From NCBI GenBank assembly GCA_973895155.1, contig OZ316891.1, positions 981,224 through 1,045,223 on the forward strand: a stretch of DNA of 64,000 bases, given 5' to 3'. Made by a program: the position numbers and the translations under genes. Within the stretch, counting starts at the first letter, position 1; the number at the start of each line of letters is the position of its first letter. The DNA comes from Marsupella aquatica (lineage: Eukaryota; Plantae; Marchantiophyta). The notes beneath the pieces are model-generated. The model was not told the origin of the DNA and made no database searches. It saw only the letters and a program-made list of their open reading frames with translations. Shown one piece after another: positions 59,571 through 64,000 of this stretch.

Positions 59571-62434
59571 TGCTAGCTATCACCTTTCTAACATAGCAGG
59601 CTGGACCGATTTTCCCGAGTATTACCCTCCATCGAGTACATGACATCAAATTTGAGCTCGTCTGATAATTCTGATAATTTTGTACTGCGGGCGATGAACC
59701 AATCGTAGACTTTAAACGATTACCCTTCCATACATGGGTACGTTAATCCCCTCAAGGAAATTTGTCCCCAAGACACCACGAGGAACAGTCATTCTGATTC
59801 CTCTTGTCGATAAAGGCCAGTCCGACGAAAGTGACAAACACGGTACTTTAAGTAAGGAATTCTCACGGGTCTCTGGGTTCATGAACACTGCCGGGAATGG
59901 GGACACCTGTTTCATAGTTCGAGAGGGAAAAAAAAAGCAATCAATGTCGATCAAGCACATCCTCGAATACCCTAGCCCTGGGTGTCTCTAACGTCAACTT
60001 ACTGCCCTTCAATTCAGATTATAAAACGTTCTGAGGATGAAGCGGACGAAAGCAGTAGTACGGCATGTGTGGAATTGGTTATCAATAGTTAGATAGTTCA
60101 CGTGATTCTAGAATGTTTGGCCTACTAGGCTGGCCTTAGCTCCATTCAGGTCACTATGTCGAAATCTATCGGTACTAATTCAGAACAATCATTCATTCAG
60201 AACAATCATGCTCGTTGCTGATTCATGATATTTAGATACCTCAGAAACTCAGGCCTCATATGACTCAATCGACCTCTCGATGAACTCAAGTTTCTAGTTC
60301 GCCATACGGAAAAGACTGGGTAGGTAAGCTCGAACTTACCACATAAACCCAGAGCTTGACGTTTGAGTTGGAACATCTCGTTGTAGGAGATCGATGTGTC
60401 GGTCGACCAGGTGCGCCTCTCAATCCGATGTCACAGTCGCTGCTTCTCAATTTTCTGGCCGGCTTGGACCTTGCATTCCCGACCTTGACCACGGAAGCTA
60501 TGCCGCTTTAGAATCATTTCATATTGCAGCGAAGAAAACTTTGAATTCCCTGCTCCATGCATCACTGACCTGCTTCAAAGTATCACTCGGGTGTTTCTCA
60601 ATCGAGTTTCTTATCTGCTAGTTGTACATCCCCCAAAGCTTTCCGCCAACGAAGAAAATTCAGTCCTGAAGAAAATGTGCGAATCTCTTGCAAAAACTTA
60701 GAACTTAATCTACCCTCCAAAGACTGGGATACCCAGCTAGGCTAGGATTGATTTGGATCGATTGATCAACCTAGTAGATCTCCAGATACGTTACACTGAC
60801 TTGCTGCTGCATCCTCCTCGACAGCCTAGCTCCAACACAAGTGTCTTGCCTTCAAACTCCGACAGTCAGGCGAAACCCAAGAGTGGGATCATCCGGTACC
60901 AGGTGACGACAGACAGAAAAGCCAAATTGATGGAAGATTTTATTTCCTAATTATTTTTAGTTGATAATAAGCTTCCAATCGGATTGAAGGGAAACAAAGC
61001 CCCGAATCGACGGAACAAGGACAAAACGACGAGGAATGCTAATTTCACCGGTCCCCAAAGCTGATGGGTACTTGGACAGGACTGATATCTGATTGGACAT
61101 AGAGGAGCTATGGAGGACAGCTTCACCACATGGAGAACAACGTCGAGCACTCTTGAGTCTTCATCCCAGGAAAGACAGGACGAACCCCAATAGGCAGTTG
61201 CGACCTTCATGGCGATACTTTAGTGTCGGACATTCTCTCCCCATTCGCTTCCAGATACTACAGTACTTTATTTCATACTAGTTTTATTCAGTCAACCTTC
61301 TCCGAGTGCAGCTCGGATGAATACATTTTTAGCGTCAAACCTTGGCCAACAAGGACAACTATATTTTCTGATTAAGTGCTTGTCATGTACTCCCCTACTC
61401 TTGAAGCAATTTCTTTTGTAAATGCACCAAATAATGACGTTTGAGTTCACCCTCATTGAACACCAAAATATCAGCACTAAACTACAAATAAATAAGTGCA
61501 TTTATTCCTCTAAAATGTCCAAATTAATAAGTGCATTTATTCCTCTAAAATGTACAAAATTTATTCCTCTAAATTGTATACGTGCATGCATTTATCAGTT
61601 ACTACAATGCAACTATACGAAACTTTAATTTATTGATAAATATTATTCCTAGTACGTTTTCTAGTCTTAGTATAATCCTAACATATGTGAATATATTGAT
61701 ACTATGGTTTCCTCACATTAGTAAGAGTATTCAGAGTTATTTCTGATCAGTTGTGACTGTCGTGATGGACTATGGTTGGAGTGTGTCCATTCAGCCTACG
61801 TAATTAACATTGTGTTTGCCAAGTCCACAAAACATATTTGTACTTGAATTTGCCTTTACCTTCAAGGACCATTGAGGACTTCAAGAGGACTTGCTATCTG
61901 TTTTTCCAAATTTCAATCAATCCTTTTATGAATTCAACCAGGACTTGTTATTTTATGTACTTTTATAGGACTTGTTTTAATTGAATTTCTTGGTGAACAC
62001 CCTCGTCCTTGCTATAGTCTTGGGGGGTGCCCATTACTCCTCCAAAAGTTAGAAGGGGAATCTTAGCTACTTCTAGTGCATTTTTAGGATGACTTCACAG
62101 GATGGTTGGTATGGGATACATTAAAGGCAACTGGCATAGAAATTGAATCAAGATAATGATGTAAATGGCACAAGTTTGTGCTTTGAATCTCCCCGCTATT
62201 TCCGGTTTCACATTCCCTTTGCTTTCCTAGATTACTCTCTGATCCATGTTACTAATAATGGTACTACTCAGGGATGCTCCTAGTGTGACATACAAGCAAG
62301 ACTAAGGGCCGTATTGCATGTGTAGGGTCCTTGAAAAATCAAAATCTGCCCTTTCATTGAGTGCTTCATGCCTGGCCCACATCCCTAGGCAGGCCTGACT
62401 GCAACTAATGAGGAAAACTAAGGCAAGGGTCGCA

Positions 62435-62527
62435 ACATTTCCAGCCCTTCATTTCAAGACCTTTACTTTACAAGAGTAAATCACATTTCCAGCCCTTCAT
62501 TTCAAGACCTTTACTTTACAAGAGTAA
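62435..62527. repeat. Tandem duplication of a ~48-bp unit
   Basis: acatttccagcccttcatttcaagacctttactttacaagagtaa occurs twice. Confidence 0.9.
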
Positions 62528-62837
62528 TCCCATACATCGTTTACAGAGATTGTGGACGGACCATATCTACTTTTTCCCTGCATGTAAGGGGATGTCGAGG
62601 GCCGGAATTCCAAGGATCATCACATGCAAGACAGCCCTAAGTGTCACTATGGCAGTTAATGAGGGTGACACATCCCCACACAGGTTGGTCCACAGTTCCA
62701 TCCACAGGATTCAATTGTGGTCTATTTGCTGGTCTACATCGTCTTTGAAGGTTGTCAATTGCATTCTCTCGACAGTCCAAATTGGTCAATTCACCCCCAT
62801 CGAAGGACTGACTGCAACTGCCTGAGTATGCACGTAG

Positions 62838-63135
62838 AGTTTATTCCTGCTGATCTATGCAAGTATGGAGTCCATTCTTGTTGACCAACTCAACTAGTTT
62901 CATTACTTTTGAAGCAATGCGACATTTGTCTGTTGCAGTTCAGTCCTGCTGACCTATTCAAATAGTTCACTACTGCCGATCTACTCGAGTGTGGAGTTCA
63001 TTCCTGCTGATCTATTCAACCAGAGCGAGATTGTCTGTTGCAGTTCATTCCTGCTGATCTAATCAAGTCGTTCAACACTGCTGGTCTACTCAAGTATGGA
63101 GTTTATTCCTGCTGATCTACTCTAGTATGAAGTTC
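62838..63135 (+). repeat. Degenerate minisatellite (GAGTTYATTCCTGCTGATCTA units)
   Basis: At least 6 imperfect copies of ttcctgctgatcta with interspersed caagt. Confidence 0.7.
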
Positions 63136-64000
63136 ACTTGTAATCAAGTAGTTCATCGTGTTGGACAGGCTAAACATGGGTTCCTCACAGGTATATCTAT
63201 CATACGAATGTGTACTACAGCACCTAGGTTCCTATTCTAGACATAATTTCTCAGGTCCATTTTAATTCAAATTGAGGTTCTTTGACCGGAATCCAACTAA
63301 CAAAAAACTCTAGGTCTGGCTTGGCCACGTGCAGCTGGAGGAGGATAGAGCAACCATTTTAGCTCAACTTGCTTCCCATTGCATCGACTTGTAAAGACCA
63401 GCAGAACCACCTTTCACCAGCCATTGCTACAACATTTGTGACGAGTGAACTAAACGGTAACATCCATTTCAAAAACTCTCAATAGAAACAGCAAGAGGCA
63501 GGGCGCAACTGAAACAGTCATTTCGATTGACTCCATTCCAAAAATGCCCCAGACGCTGCAAACAATGACTAATCACGAGCTATTCAACGAGCATTCGAAA
63601 TCACATTTATATCTCCACTTGTAAACGCATCCATAATATTAAACAACTGCTAGATACACAATTCAATAGATTGCAACGTGGATATTACGTCAAAAATGTG
63701 AAACGACGTTATCCGAGTGTTTGGAACACTGCCGAGTCACCGCAGGACTACGAATCTCTAGGCGGGATAACGTCTAAGCTTGGGCCTTGGCGGCCTGTTT
63801 CTCCTTCGACTTCTGGATCTTCAAAACCTTCTTCACGATCGTTTGCTCCTCAACCAAGAAAGCCCGAATGATGCTGAACATTAACAGAAGACCCGTCAAA
63901 AATAGCCTACCAGTGTCTGGATGCTAACGCCAAATGGCTAGGAAAGAAAAGACCTAACCCTTTGGCAAAGTGAGAACGTCCAGATGAGGGGCTTACCGTT

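Noticed and set aside
61740-62040. Possible copia RNase H remnant (NIVFAKSTKHI)
   Set aside because: A single weak motif with no supporting frame.

Overview
Eukaryotic land-plant genomic DNA with spliceosomal introns; a liverwort or other non-seed plant is my guess, and that is inference. The first half holds two complete DNA transposons inserted about 1 kb apart into the same host repeat. (1) A 17.4-kb CACTA/En-Spm element (2084-19507, TSD GAG) has decayed TnpD- and TnpA-like genes but intact cargo ORFs: an EDM2-like composite PHD finger, a tandem Pol-lambda-like BRCT and a Cys/His-rich ORF. Its TnpA-like protein has a GW/WG-rich region. (2) A 10.4-kb TIR element (20464-30896, 4-bp TSD ACAA) has its empty site supported by a paralogous repeat copy in the same window. 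It encodes an intact DDD transposase (Sola/DUF7869-like) and, convergently, an intron-containing ParB/Srx-like + beta-class N6/N4 DNA methyltransferase fusion. About 14 copies of a 16-bp palindrome, GCGATAC-NN-GTATCGC, lie inside this element and I saw none outside it. This is the best candidate for an undescribed system: a transposon with a parS/ParB-like self-marking methylation module. The second half holds host genes: a coiled-coil RING E3 ligase, two tandem Mx-like dynamins (DRP4-like) from a segmental duplication that truncated a second RING copy, and an L-type lectin receptor kinase, plus small repeats and TE remnants. All family assignments come from motifs recognised by eye; no database search was run.
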